NCBI GenBank assembly: GCA_043228905.1
Contig: JBHGNT010000011.1
Location: 4,526,001-4,590,000 of the forward strand
Reading direction: 5' to 3'
DNA: 64,000 nucleotides
DNA from: Azolla caroliniana
Lineage: Eukaryota; Plantae; Polypodiophyta
Shown here: positions 49,499 through 62,196 of the stretch, piece by piece
How positions within the stretch are numbered: position 1 is the first letter of the stretch
Layout of the letters: the number at the start of each line of letters is the position of its first letter
The notes under the pieces: generated by a model
The model's input: the letters and a program-made list of their open reading frames with translations, nothing else
Database searches by the model: none
Told to the model about the DNA's origin: nothing
Position numbers and translations under genes: made by a program

Positions 49499-49589
49499 CT
49501 AAAAAAACAAGACATAAACAAAGTATCCTGATGATAGTTATTTTGCGAAATACTGGGCAAGAGTTGAGTCTGGAACAGACACCACCACA

Positions 49590-50960
49590 TCCTCAAAGGA
49601 ATACTTCCACATTGCCAATGGTCTGCTCTAGTGAAATGGGAAGGTTTGTGTTTCAGATTTTCTTGAGTTCAAAAAGAGAATTCATTTTGAGTGCCATGAT
49701 GCACCCTCAATAGGGCACCCTGGAATACATCGTACACTCGTTCTCATCTCCACTCAATTCTATTGGCCTAACATGCGTTTTGACATACATAACTATGTGA
49801 CTAATTGTCACCAGTGTCAGGTTAACAAAGCCGAGCGACTTAAAGTCGCAGAACTTTTACATCCCTTGGACATTCCCAATAATAAGTGGGAAAGTATATC
49901 TATGGATTTTATTGTTAGCCTTCCTCGCACCCAAAAAGATCATGATGTCATCTAGGTTGTGGTTGATCGACTAACAAAAATGGCTAGATTTATTGCCATT
50001 AAAACCATGGTAACAACTCCAGAATTGGCTTACCAATTCGTTGATGAGTTATTTCGTTTTTATGGGTTGCGGATGGATATTGTGAGTGATCGAGATCCAA
50101 AGTTTACTAGTGACTTCTGGACGCATGTCCTTAAGAAGTTAGAAACTACATTGAGCATGAGCTCCACGGATCATCCTCAATCTGATGGATAGACAGAACG
50201 AGTAAATCAAATTATTGAGGACATGCTTCGAGCATACGTTGGTGCAAAACCAACAAAATGGGATTGCTATCTCCCAATTTTGGAATTTGCTTATAACAGC
50301 TCCAAGCATACATCGACGAGATAGTCCTTTTATTTTGATGTATGGTTTTCAACCACAAACCCTGATTGATGTTAATATACATCATGATGAGTTGCGAAGT
50401 ACGCAAAACTTTCTTCAGGATATGCAAGATATGTTGCATATTGCACGACATAATATAAAAACAGCTCAAGATAGAGAGTGTTTTTATGCCGATCATCATA
50501 AGCAACCTCGTGTATTCAACCCTCGATGGAAGGTATTTTTACGTGTACCTCACAATTCTAAGACATTGTCTACGGGTAAGTGCGCTAAGTTAGCCCCACG
50601 GTTTTGTGGACCTTTTACAGTCCTCAAACGCATTGGTTCATTAACTTATCATCTCGTTCTTCCCAACGATGTTGAAATTCATCCAGTCTTTCATGTAAGT
50701 CATTTAAAAGAACTTCTAGGTTCTGGCGACAATATAGTTACAACTGGAACTCTGGTTACTTCTGAAGAATTATCTTCTAAACCACATCTACCGGAAAGAA
50801 TTCTCGATGTTAAAACAAAAAATTGCGTACTAAAGAAATCCGAGAATTTAAAAATTAAATGGATGGATAAATCTATCAAAGATACCATATAGGAACGTGA
50901 AAATACTCTTAGAACTAACTTCCCTAACTTTCCATTGCAAGAGTGCAATGTTTTAAAGAG
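49590..50960 (+). pseudogene. Decayed gypsy integrase with chromodomain-like C-terminus (element E)
   Basis: ECHDAP..GHPG, KWESISMDFIVSLP, IVSDRDPKFTS, LAPRFCGPF, IHPVFHVSHLK, PERILD...KIKWMD. Confidence 0.9.
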
Positions 50961-51140
50961 GGGGGAGTATGTTACGAGCCTGACCATATAATATCCCGTG
51001 GTGAGAATTTACCATAGTATTCTATACACGTGCATAAGTGTGAGGGTTAAATGAGAGTGTAAATAAGGGGAGGATTACTTTAATCCTCGGGATTGAGACA
51101 TCCCATTAGGCCAAGCGTGAACTTGCCTGGGGGCCTTTGG

Positions 51141-51611
51141 TAGGACTTCATCGGAGAACTAGGGATCCAACAGGAGGAATACCGGCTCTACTACGACAAT
51201 CAACTCTACTGCGACAGTCAAAGTGCCATCCACCTTGCAAAGAACATGGCCTACCATTCCTGGACGAAACATATTCAGCGGAGGTACCACTGGATTCGGG
51301 AGAGAGTAGAATATCAAGAGTTCGTGCTGACGAAGATCCACACGGAGGAGAACCGGTCGGATATGCTGACCAAGGTGTTGACAACCGACAAGCTGGATGC
51401 GTGCCGAAAGCGGATCGGGCTGGTGAGACATCCCATGCTGGAGTGAAGGGGGAGATTGTTGGGAAATCGGTCCCTCCGGATGGGATCCGGTTATGGATGA
51501 AGAGAACCCGGTGAGAACCGGTGTAAATATGTCTTGAGTAAGCCTATTGAGGCTATATTGGTAAATAACCCTAAGTTCATATAAGTATAAATATGACTTA
51601 GGGCAATCACT
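51141..51611 (+). mobile_element. Copia RNase H tail, PPT and partial 3' LTR (family K)
   Basis: TKHIQRRYHWIRERV..SDMLTKVL; GTGAAGGGGGAGA then TGTTGGG; homologous to ~58590-59090. Confidence 0.85.
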
Positions 51612-54600
51612 GGGTTTCTTTGTTGATCCCCCCTTTCATGTTCCTTTGCCTTCCCACTTTTAGTTGCATGGCTTTTACCTTTAGTTGCATGCCTTCCACA
51701 TGACCTTTACTTTATGCATGGCCTCCACCTTTAGTTAGTTGCATTCCTTCCACATGACCTTTACTTTATTTTACTTTACTTTAGTTCAGTCGCATGATCC
51801 TATAATTCGTAAAGTTTGGCCCATGCTTTGATCCAACTGGTCCGCGTCCGGCCTTATCCATCCAGTCCGGTTCCGGTGGTGTCACCGTCCGGTTCTGGTT
51901 CGATCGCCGATTCCATCCGGTTACCAGCTCTGTCCGATTTCCGGTTGCCGCCGTCCGGTCACTGGTACGATCGTCGGTTCCATCCCATTGCTGGCTTCGT
52001 TTGGTCGTCGGATCCACCCAATCGCCGGTTGCCGAATCCGTCCAGTTTCCGGTTGCCAGCTCTGGCCGGTCACAGGTTGTCGGATCCCTCCGTAAACCGG
52101 TTCCATCCAGTTGCTAGCTCCATCCGGTTTTCGGTACTATCACCGACCAGTTTGAGTTCCTTCACCTCGGCCAGTTCAAGCAATTTAGCCAGATCCATCC
52201 TTCTAGACAAAAGTGGCCCAAGCCCAACTATTTCTTTTGTTCTCTTAACACATAGATGAAAAATGATGGTTCTCAATCTGCTTATATAGTTGGCTCCTAA
52301 AGTTTCCTATCTATGTGGGATATTTCAAAATTCTATTTTCCTTATCTTCTCAAACTTCATGTCCACCTAACTTGATATATGTAGTTGTCCATTTTATATG
52401 TAGTAAAATGCGTTTTGAAGCTCTTGAGTACATCCATCTTTCTATAACAAGCCACTAATCTAATCTAAAATAACTATTTCATTATATTTTTACATAGTTT
52501 TCATATCATGTGTGAAAAACCACACGACATTTACCCCCACCAAACCTACACATCCACCAGTATGTGCTAATTGTTGTGAGGCTCCTCTTTTGATTATTCT
52601 ACTTCATCGATGTTCCTTCTTTATACCTGAACCGCCGTTGCCATCCCATCCACCATATTCTTCGTTCAGTCTTTGCATTTCCATGACCGGTTGTCATGGC
52701 TCTCTTTGCTCCTCTTGAGTATAATGCTTGACGCCTTATGCACGTGCCACCTTCGTCTCGGCCATCTCCTTGGTCATCTAACTTTCTTTTATCATCCTTT
52801 CTTGTTCCATGCATGCCTTTCAAAGGCCTTATCGAAGTACTATTGTTGAGTACTCTTAGTGGTTCATTCTGCAACTGCATGCACATCTCGAGGTCCTTAA
52901 CTGAACACATTTCATGCTTCTCACTTTTTCTACTTTCATGGTATACTTTGGAGTTGACCATGACTTCCTTGTTGCATGCACTAGCTTCAACCCTTGCTTC
53001 GTCGCCGCCACCGTTCTTCTCTTGGGTCTTACATTGGTTAATGCCCAAGTCTCAAGAACTTTTCTAGGGAAAGCCTCTTCACGATCATTGTCTACCCTCT
53101 TCATCTTGACTTGTCCCTCTTGTTCGCATGTGTTAGCTTCGGTCTTCACTTCCTCGCCGCCACCTTCCGTCTCTTGGGTCTCACGTTTGCTTTCCGACGC
53201 ATCTGCCCAAGTGTGGAGAAAGTCTCAACACGGCCATCCGCCATTGACTCGTCCATAGACACCTCTGAATCGATGTCATTTTTCGTGGCTATCTCCTCAA
53301 TCATGTCGGCCTCAGACTTTTTATCTCCCTTGATCATGCAAGCTTTGCTCATGCTTGCACCTTCATCACTTGATGTTTCAAACACGATGCGTGTTTCGAA
53401 ACATTTGTCTTCGCTTGAAGTGGCATTCGTCACCCTCGATTCATTTGTTTCATTCTTCTATATTGTTTCTTTGCAAGACGAGAAGGTGTCTTGTTCCACA
53501 CCTTCTTCCGTGGTGTTGTCGTACTGAACTTGGGCCTTCGTATTGGTTATATCATGACTCCACCTTTGTTGGGAGGTCTCTTCTTCCTTGATAACCATTT
53601 TAATCGGTTTTGGTTCCATTATAAGATTCTCTTTGGTGTCGACTTGCACCTTTAATTTCTCATATGCCTCGTTTATGAAGGCCTCTATGTCGAGTAACAT
53701 CGAACCTTCCCTCTTCAAACTCTCTTCTTTAGGTGGTAGTTTGTAGTTGCTTTCTGTCCTCCTTTCACCATTCGTCATGGGTTGTGTTGTTGCCGATGAG
53801 AATCTTGTCTTCCTCTTATCATGTAGTCAACATTCTCTTTCCACTTTCATCGAATCCTCGGTGACGCCATTTGCTCCATCGTCATCCTCAAGTCGGATTC
53901 CAATGGCCTTTCTTTCCTTCAGATCTATTGATTTCACGAACGTTAGGACTTTATCCACCCCCACCAATCTTTGATCCCGCTCCGAGAGCTGTGCAAAGCG
54001 ACACTCAAACTCAACGAAAGCATGCATGGCACTTTGGTGGGTCTTTAATGATGATACCCATTGGTCGAACTCGTATTGGTTGCATCTCTTCGGCTCTTTG
54101 TATTTATATGTCTCCATGAGATATCCTCCTACCACCTCGTTTCACGTCGGGTTCACCAAAGATGTCGCGAAAATACGACGAGGATACGTGAACTTGAGGC
54201 AAGACCCCGGGGCCTCCGACCAGAGGATATCACATTCGTGCATTTATATTTTTAACAATTAACGGAAATAAGAAATTTAATAATTTTCATTAACAATGGA
54301 AAAGAAATTACAATATGTCCCAAGATTGGGATTAAGAAGTTTTAGGTTTACTGAGATTAATAGAAAAGAAAAATTAGGGGTTTTGAGAGATATGGCTTCC
54401 GTAGGGAAAATTAGGGTTTTTGAGTGTTATGGCTTCCGTAGGGAAAATTAGAATTAGGTTCTACAAGACATATCACTTGTGTAGGGAAAATTAGGGTTTT
54501 TGAGTGTTATGGCTTCGATAAGATAAGGGAGCTAAGAAGGAAAAGAAAATAAACATGGAGAGAAGATGAGTGTAGGAAAAAAATAATGGAATTTATATGG

Positions 54601-55549
54601 GTTTCTTTGTTTATCCCCCCTCTCATGTTCCTTTGCCTTCTCACTTTTAGTTGCATGGCTTTTACCTTTAGTTGCATGCCTTCCACATGACCTTTACATT
54701 ATGCATGGCCTCCACCTTTAGTTGCATTCCTTCCATATGACCTTTACTTTATTTTACTTTACTTTAGTTCAATCACATGATCCTATAATCCATAAAGTTT
54801 GGCCCATGCTTTGATCCGTCCGGTCCGCGTCCGGCCTTATCCGTCCAGTCCGGTTCCGGTTTTGTCGCCGTCCGGTTCTAGTTCGATCGCCGATTCCATC
54901 CAGTCGCCGGCTCCATCCGGTTTCTGGTTGCCACCGTCCGATCACCGGTACGATCGCTGGTTCCATCCCGTTGCCGACTTCATCCGGTCGCCGGTCGCCG
55001 AATTTGTTGGGTCGCCAGCTCCGTCCGGTTGCCAAATCCACCCGGGCACTAGTTGCCGGATCCGTCTGATTTCCGGTTGCAAGCTCTGCCCAGTCACCGC
55101 TTGCCAGATCCCTCCGTACATTGGTTCTATCCAGTTGCCAGCTCCATCCGTTTTTCGATACTATCACCGACCGGTTTGAGTTCCAGCATCGGCCGGTTCA
55201 AGCAACTTAGCTAGATCCATCCTTCTAGACAAAAGTGGCCCAAGCCCAACTATTTCTTTTGTTCTCTTAACACATAGATGAAAAATGATGGTTCTCAATC
55301 TGCTTATATAGCTGGCTCCTAAAGTTTCCTATCTATGTGGGATATTTCAAAATTCTATTTTCCTTATCTTCTCAAACTTCATGTCCACCTAACTTGATAT
55401 GTAGTTGTCCATTTTATATGTAGTAAAATGCGTTTTGAAGCTCTTGAGTACATCCATCTTTCTATAACAAGCCACTAATCTAATCTAAAATAATTATTTC
55501 ATTATTTTTTTACATAGTTTTCATATCGTGTGTGTAAAACCACATAACA
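51612..55549 (-). mobile_element. Non-autonomous gag-only LTR element 'J' (TR-GAG-like)
   Basis: 5' LTR 55549-54163 (~1.39 kb), tRNA-Trp PBS, ~1.6-kb internal region with only decayed gag-like and charged ORFs, PPT GGTGGGGGTAAA, truncated 3' LTR 52529-51612 matching ~54600-55549. Confidence 0.8.
54141..54158 (-). other. 18-nt primer binding site complementary to plant cytosolic tRNA-Trp 3' end
   Basis: Plus strand TTCACGTCGGGTTCACCA, 4 nt from the LTR end; matches the tRNA-Trp 3' end as I recall it. Confidence 0.8.
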
Positions 55550-58500
55550 CCGATCCGATGGCCTTGGTCACAGAAGATGACCACAATCGGGGAAGAGGCC
55601 GGTATCGGAGTCCCCAAAACCGGGACAAGTCAGGGACGAGGTCGAAGTCAAGGGGGGAGGCCTACTTGCTTCTACTATGGGAAGTCGGGGCAGTTCTAGA
55701 AGAAATGTCGGCATTTCCGAAAAGAGAAAGAAACCGACACCACTGATTCGAAGAAGAGTTTGAACCGATTAGGTTCGGACCGGAGAGGCCCGGATCGGAA
55801 GGGAACGTCGGCGATCGCAACAAGTGAAGAAAAACTGATGCTCATTACCCAAGAGAATGAGTTAAACCTTGTCGGGGACGAGACAACATGGGTTGTCGAT
55901 TCCGGAGCGTCCTTCCACCTCACCGTATCGGAAATGCTTCTCATCCTACACAACCGGTGATCATGATTGTGTCCGGATGGGGGATGAAGGGACATACCGA
56001 ATTATCGGCATAGGAGATGTGTTGTTGACGACATCAGCTAGATGCAAATTGTCGATGTAGGATGCCTAACACGTTCCAGAGGTTCGACTGAACCTGATAT
56101 TAGCCGATTGGCTAGATGATGAAGGCTACATGGGTAACATCTGGAATGGTGTTATGAAATTTAGCAAGGGAAGCTTGATAGTGGCTCGATCCCAAAAGAT
56201 CAACACACTGTACTTGATGAATGCCCGGATATGCCGGGAAGAAGTGAACAAAAGACTGCAGGTGAGCTATGGCACAAAAGACTGTGTCACATGAGTGAGA
56301 AGGGGATGTAGAGGCTTTCCGAAGACAATCTCATTCCAATGAAGGACGTGCAACTTGAGAAGTGCACCGATTGCTTGGCCGGCAAGTAGAACCGAACCTC
56401 CTTCCGGTCAAGACCACCGATGAGACAGAATGCACCATTGGAGCTGGTGCATACCAATGTGTGTCAAGTGGACACTAAGTCACATGCTGGATCGCAGTAC
56501 TTTGTGACCTTCATAGATGACCACAGCCGAAAGCTGTGGGTCTTACCATTCAAGACGAAGGATCAAGTGTTATCCATATGCAAGGAGCTCCATGTGAGAG
56601 TGGAAAGAGAAATTGGCCAGAAGCTGAAGGCGATTCAAGTAGATAACGGAAGAGAATACCGGGGACAGTTCAAGGAGTACTTCCGGTCAAAGGGAATCCG
56701 ACTCAAATTCACCGTGCCGAAGGTGCCAGACTTGAACGGGTTGGCCGAATGGATGAACCAGACCATAATGGAGAGAGTCCAGAGCATGCTGACAGATGCC
56801 AAGTTACCCAATATGTTTTGGGCTGAGGTGCTGACAACGACAACCTATGTGATATACAAATCACCCTTGGTACCCTTGGGAGGAGACTCACCTCGGTTAC
56901 TGGGTGTGGAATCTGGTTGACAAAAAGGTATTCCGGATTCGGGAGATAGTCTTCATGGAAGACAGGACCATTGCCTACTGGGAGTCGGAGAAGAAGGTGA
57001 CGAACTCCGGATCATCCAATCAAAACCAGCTTGAGGACAAAAGGATATACCCGGTTGGAAACTGGATGTTAGCCGGTAACCGGATGACACTCGACGAACC
57101 GGCCGGATACAGACAGGAAACCGAACCGACTGAAGAAGAAGAAGAAGACACCTGAACCAGACAAGATCCTGAATCACATTCAAATGAGGAACAAATGGAG
57201 GAACCAGTAGTCAGAAGCCAAGGTTGGAGATATCCTCTCCGAGAGAGAAGAGCCCCCCAGAGATTTTCGGATGCAGAGCATGTGTTGCTAACCGATGAGG
57301 GGGAGCCAGAAAGCTTCTGAAGAAGAAAAGAGAGACACCCACAGCCGCAAGTGGCTGAGTGCCATGTAGGATGAGAGGGATTCCCAGCATGACAACCACA
57401 CATATGAATTGGTGGAGTTGCCGAAAGGAAAGAGGGCACTCCGGAACAAGTGGGTGTACAAGCTGAAACCGGGAGACGCCGAAAATCCACCAAGGTATAA
57501 GGCCCGAATCGTGGTAAAGGGCTTCTAGCAGAAGAAAGGAGTGGACTTCAATGAGATCTTTGCCCGGGTAATAAAGATGACATCCATCCGGACGGTACTG
57601 GGTATAGCGGCAAGCATGGACCTCGAGATAGAACAATTGGACGTGAAGACGACGTTCCTCCATGGTGACCTTGAAGAGGAGATGTACATGCATCAACCAG
57701 AAGGATTTGAGAAGAAAGGGAAGCAACACTTGATGTGTCGGTTGAAGAAGAGCCTATACGGACTGAAGCAAGCTACCCGACAATGGTACCGGAAGTTCGA
57801 CTCTTTCATGACCGACCAAGGGTACCACAAGATGCAGGCCGATCATTGCGTGTTTGTGAAGAAATTTGATGGAGGAGATTTCCTGATACTCCTCATGTAT
57901 GTGGATGATATGCTGATCGTCGGACGAGACCAAGCCAAGATTCAGATGCTGAAGAAGGCTCTGAACCAGACCTTCACAATGAAAGACTTGGGGCCGGCAA
58001 GACAGATATTGGGAATCCACATCAGCCGGGACTTGTCATAGAAGTTGTTGTTGCTGTCACAGGAGAAGTATGTGACAAAGGTGCTTCAACGGTCCAACAT
58101 GTCGGAGGCGAAACCGGTTGGATCGACACTTTCGGAAAACTACAAGCTATCCGGAGAACAAAGCCCGAGGACAAAGGCGAGGAAGACGGATATGATGAAG
58201 ATACCATATGCCTCTACCATTGGGAGCTTGATGTACGCAATGGTATGTACCCAAACGGATATCGGATATGTAGTCAGAGTGGTGAGCCGGTTCATGAGCA
58301 ATCCCGACAAAGAGCACTGGAACGCAGTCAAGTGGATACTCCGGTATCCGAAAGGCACTTCGAGTATGTGCCTTCAGTTTGGCTCCGGTAATCCCCAACT
58401 TGACGGATTCATGGATTCGGATACGTCGGTTGATGCGGATATCAGCCGGTTTACATCCACATATGTCATGACTTATGTAGGGGGAGCTGTTTCGTGGCAG

Positions 58501-59420
58501 TCAAGGTTGCAGAAGACGGTTACATTGTCAAACACGGAGGCGGAGTACATGGCAGTTGTAGAAGCCGACAAGGAGATAATCTGGATGAAGGAATTCATCG
58601 GAGAGTTAGGGATCCAATAGGAGGAATACCAGCTCTACTACGACAATCAAAGTGTCATCCACCTTGCAAAGAACACGGCCTACCATTCCCGGATGAAACA
58701 TATCTAGCGGAGGTACCACTGGATCTGGGAGAGAGTAGAAGATCAAGAGTTCGTGCTGATGAATATCCACACAGAGGAGAACGGGTCGGACATGATGACT
58801 AAGGTCTTGACAACCGACAAGATGGACACGTGTCGAAAGCGGATCAGGATGATAAGATATCCCATGCCGGAGTGAAGGGGGAGATTTTTGGAAAATTGGT
58901 CTCTCCAGATGGGATCTGGTGATGAATAAAGAGAACCCAATGAGAACTGGAAGAGATCCGGAAACCGGATGAGAGCCGGTGAGATCCGGAAGAGAAGACA
59001 TATCTGTAAATATGTTTTGAGTAAGCCTATTGAGGCTATATTTGTAAATAGCCCTAAGTTCATATAAGTATAAATATGACTTAGGGCAATCACTTTGCTA
59101 GAGAGTGTGTGAAGTATAGTTGTTGTAAGTGTTGTACAGAAGAGAGTGACAGAGAGGGAGAGAGAGAGATACAGAGCAAACTTTGTTGTAATTGCCGGCT
59201 GGCGAAGAAACCGAGCTCGAGGTCGTTGCCTACGAGTCTCTGATTGTACTCTTTTTTCCTTCATAGTGATAGTTCGGAGTCTGTGGGCTCCTGTGGTTTT
59301 TCCCTATTAGGGTTTTCCACGTAAACATCTTGTGTTCACTATTTAGTTCTCATTTCTGTGTTCTCCATTCTCAGCGAAGTGTTCAAGTCTCGATTGTGGC
59401 CGAGCAATATTCCGCGCTAA
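55550..59420 (+). mobile_element. Decayed copia element 'K' (gag end to 3' LTR)
   Basis: [51 protein letters not shown] at ~58872-58884; LTR from ~58886 (end uncertain). Confidence 0.9.
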
Positions 59421-59427
59421 TCCTCGT

Positions 59428-59830
59428 CAATAAGGACCTACAAATAGGTGTCTGTTCATTCATTACAACTCATTCAAATCCACACCAATCTTGAGCCCCT
59501 TAGCCTAACCTTTCTAACCTTTGCTCTCTTATAATATAAATTCTTTTCCAGTTCTACTCTTCTTTCTCTCTCTATATATACCTCCTATCATCATCTTTTT
59601 ATCTTTCTCTCTCATACTCTTTAGCCTTTAGCCTCAACCCTTTAGCCTACTCTTTGTAACTTTTGTTCTCTTATAATATAACCTCTTTTCCATTTTGACT
59701 ATTCTCTCTCTCTCTCTATACCTCCTATCATCATCTTTTTATTTTTCTCTGTCATACTCTCAAGTCATGAAAGTTTGACCGAATGCGTTGTAATGAATTA
59801 ATAGACACCTATTTATAGGTCCTTATCGAG
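59428..59830. repeat. Fold-back: ~45-bp inverted arms enclosing a ~95-bp direct duplication
   Basis: ATAAGGACCTACAAATAGGTGTCTGTTCATTCATTACAAC vs reverse complement at ~59788-59828. CTCTTATAATATAA...TCATACTCT occurs twice. Confidence 0.7.
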
Positions 59831-59959
59831 TATTCTAGAATGTTCTAGAATATTTTAGATATTTATGATATTTAATATAACCATGGAATATTCTAGAATG
59901 TTCTAGAATACTCTAAATATCTTGTAATACTTCTAATAAGCCAAAATGTATGTCTTCAT

Positions 59960-60560
59960 GACCGGCGCTCGGATGGGACAAATTGCAGCAGTTTTCGGGG
60001 ATCCTTGAGCTACAACATCTTGACGTGCCGCACTTGAGGGGAGAGCAATAGGTGGAACAACAAAGCCAAAGAAGATGCCGTGAATTGACTGAAGAAATTT
60101 GATGAAACATCCAGAAGAGCCGGTAGAGGCGATAGAGTTAAGAAGGACAAAGCAAGACCAAAAGAAGAAGGCCAAGACGAGGACATTGGCGGATGTGGTC
60201 AAAGGCAAGAGAAAAGACAAATCGGAGACAATCGATTTGGTCAAGAAGTTTAATTCAAAAGGGTCGAATCATAGGAAGGCCAAGCAGATGAGAAGGCATC
60301 TGACACCGACACCGAAACGAAGAGCGCGGGACCGTAAGAGTTGAGGCGCACGTGCTAGGAGACAAGCTGGCAAAGGAGGAGCCGAGGCAATGAATCAACA
60401 GAGCAGGAGGTACCTCAAGTTGAGCTTGAGGGGGAGTGTTGAGAAGCAAGCTCAACATGAGTCGGATCGGTTGTACACTGATCAACTGAAGAAGCTGGGA
60501 ACCGGATCCAACGGAGACTAATTGGCTTGGCTGGATTGGCGTTGAGCCGGTAGGCCGTTT
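59960..60560 (+). mobile_element. 3' remnant of an A-family copia (RNase H end, extension, PPT, LTR start at 60437)
   Basis: CAACATCTTGACGTGCCGCACTTGAGGGGAG matches A at ~510-540. TTGAGGGGGAG followed by TGTTGAGAAGCAAGCTCAAC matches the A LTR start. Confidence 0.8.
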
Positions 60561-61020
60561 TCGTGAAGATTTTCGGCGATAGTGTGGAAATTGTAAGGAA
60601 CATTCGAAATCGAGTGTGGCTCTTCTCACGAGAAAAACAAAACAATAATAGAGAAGATAATATTTTGAATAAGTTTAATATCTAGGTACAAAAAGATGGA
60701 GGTCTTCAAGAGCTTTCAAATGTGCTTTACTACATAAAAAATGGACATTTAAGTGACAAGTTATGTGGGAGTGAAGTATGAGAAGGAAGAAAAGAAAAAT
60801 AAAACTGTGAGATATCCCACATAGACATGACAAACAAGGACCCTACAATATATAAAGTAGAGCAAAAGCTATTATCTTTGTGTCTATGTGTGGAGGATAG
60901 AGAGTTCAAGGTGACTTGAACAAAGTTAATATGATGAATGAGTGTGGCCTAGCTACAGGTTTTGGCCAACCGAAACCGGACCGGTGACGGAGCCGGTGAG
61001 CCGGCGGCATCCGACGACCG
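60561..61020 (+). repeat. LTR fragment of family F
   Basis: Aligns with 42647-43095. Confidence 0.8.
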
Positions 61021-61663
61021 GATAGATATATAAATAAATATATATATATACACAAGGAATATAAGTGTAGATTTGAACCTTGCACCTCCAAGTTGAGAGT
61101 GTATAGGCTTACCACTAAGCCAAAACATTTTCTAAAAACAATATTTTTATTATTATAGTTTTACACATAAATTCTCATACATGAGACCTTGAATGAGTAG
61201 CATGATTCTCATGCATCACATGTAATGCATGAGCGCCAAATGGCAAGCATGCATCACATGCATCATATGCATTGGAGCATCTATAAAAGAGGAGATGAAA
61301 AAGAGAAAGTGGGGGGTACTTTTTTTTTATATATGAATTTAAGAGAAGAAAATTCGTTATCGAATTGATTGTGTAACTTGTTTCTTAAATCTAAAGTGAA
61401 TTGCTCAATCTTAATCTCTCTCTTTCGCCATATCAATCTCTCTCTCTCTCTTTCAATCTATCTTAATTTCTTTCTCGCTAAAGCTTGTGCAAACTTCGAG
61501 TCCTTCCGGTTCAGAACCTTAGTGGTTCCGCCTCACGATCTGCACGTAGTGATGAATCTTCACGACACCGTTGGGACTAATATTTCCTCACAGGAATATT
61601 TTTTGGGAGTTAGTGTCAATAGCTCATTTATGAGCATTGAAGTACTTGTTGAATGGATTTGAT

Positions 61664-62150
61664 TGTTGAGATTCGTGAGGAAGACCAATTGTGTAATACA
61701 CAATAACATGGAAACAATAAACAACAAATGCACAGAATACAAAATTTTACGTGGAAACCCTATTCGGGGAAAACCAAAGGAACAAAGATCCACTATACAA
61801 TGGAGAATACAATGGAGAATACAAAGGAGTCAGTATACAACACTCTCTTCGAACAAAGTGTATCAGCCACACAGGGCTCTTGGCGTCTAAGCTCACATAC
61901 AGCTCTTGGCATCTAAGCTCACATAGCTATGGCGTTGCTCTCTTTATCATGCACTCTCTCTTCTCTCTCTATCACTCACACTCTCCTTTCACTTATGGGA
62001 GAAGTTCCTAGTCGGCTAGTATATGCATTCCCTTCTCACTCATGTGACCTAGTTTCTTATGCCATAACTCTCCACTCGAGTCGGCTGCCACATTCACTTC
62101 CGACTTGCATAGTCTGGCATGCATCATATACAGTGTGCCCTCTTTCTATG
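61664..62150 (-). repeat. Probable copia-type LTR
   Basis: Starts TGTTGAG; contains reverse-complemented GGTTTTCCC..AGGGTTTCCACGTAAA like the K LTR; right boundary uncertain. Confidence 0.5.
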
Positions 62151-62196
62151 CTCGGGCCACTATGAGGTTTCCTTAGCAGAACTTCCACTTGCTATT

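Larger units (their letters stand above)
37448..51137 (+). mobile_element. Ty3/gypsy chromovirus-like element 'E' with ~7 kb of nested/foreign DNA between RNase H and integrase
   Basis: 5' LTR 37448-37900, PBS TGGTATCCGAGC 37903-37914, PPT AAAGAGGGGGGAG, truncated 3' LTR 50970-51137 matching the 5' LTR start (about 93% by eye). Confidence 0.85.

Noticed and set aside
54141-54158. tRNA gene
   Set aside because: Only the 18-nt 3' end including CCA is present, next to an LTR; it is a primer binding site.
61020-61660. AT-rich stretch with ATGCATCA repeats as a possible gene promoter or MITE
   Set aside because: No termini, TSD or associated coding sequence could be supported.
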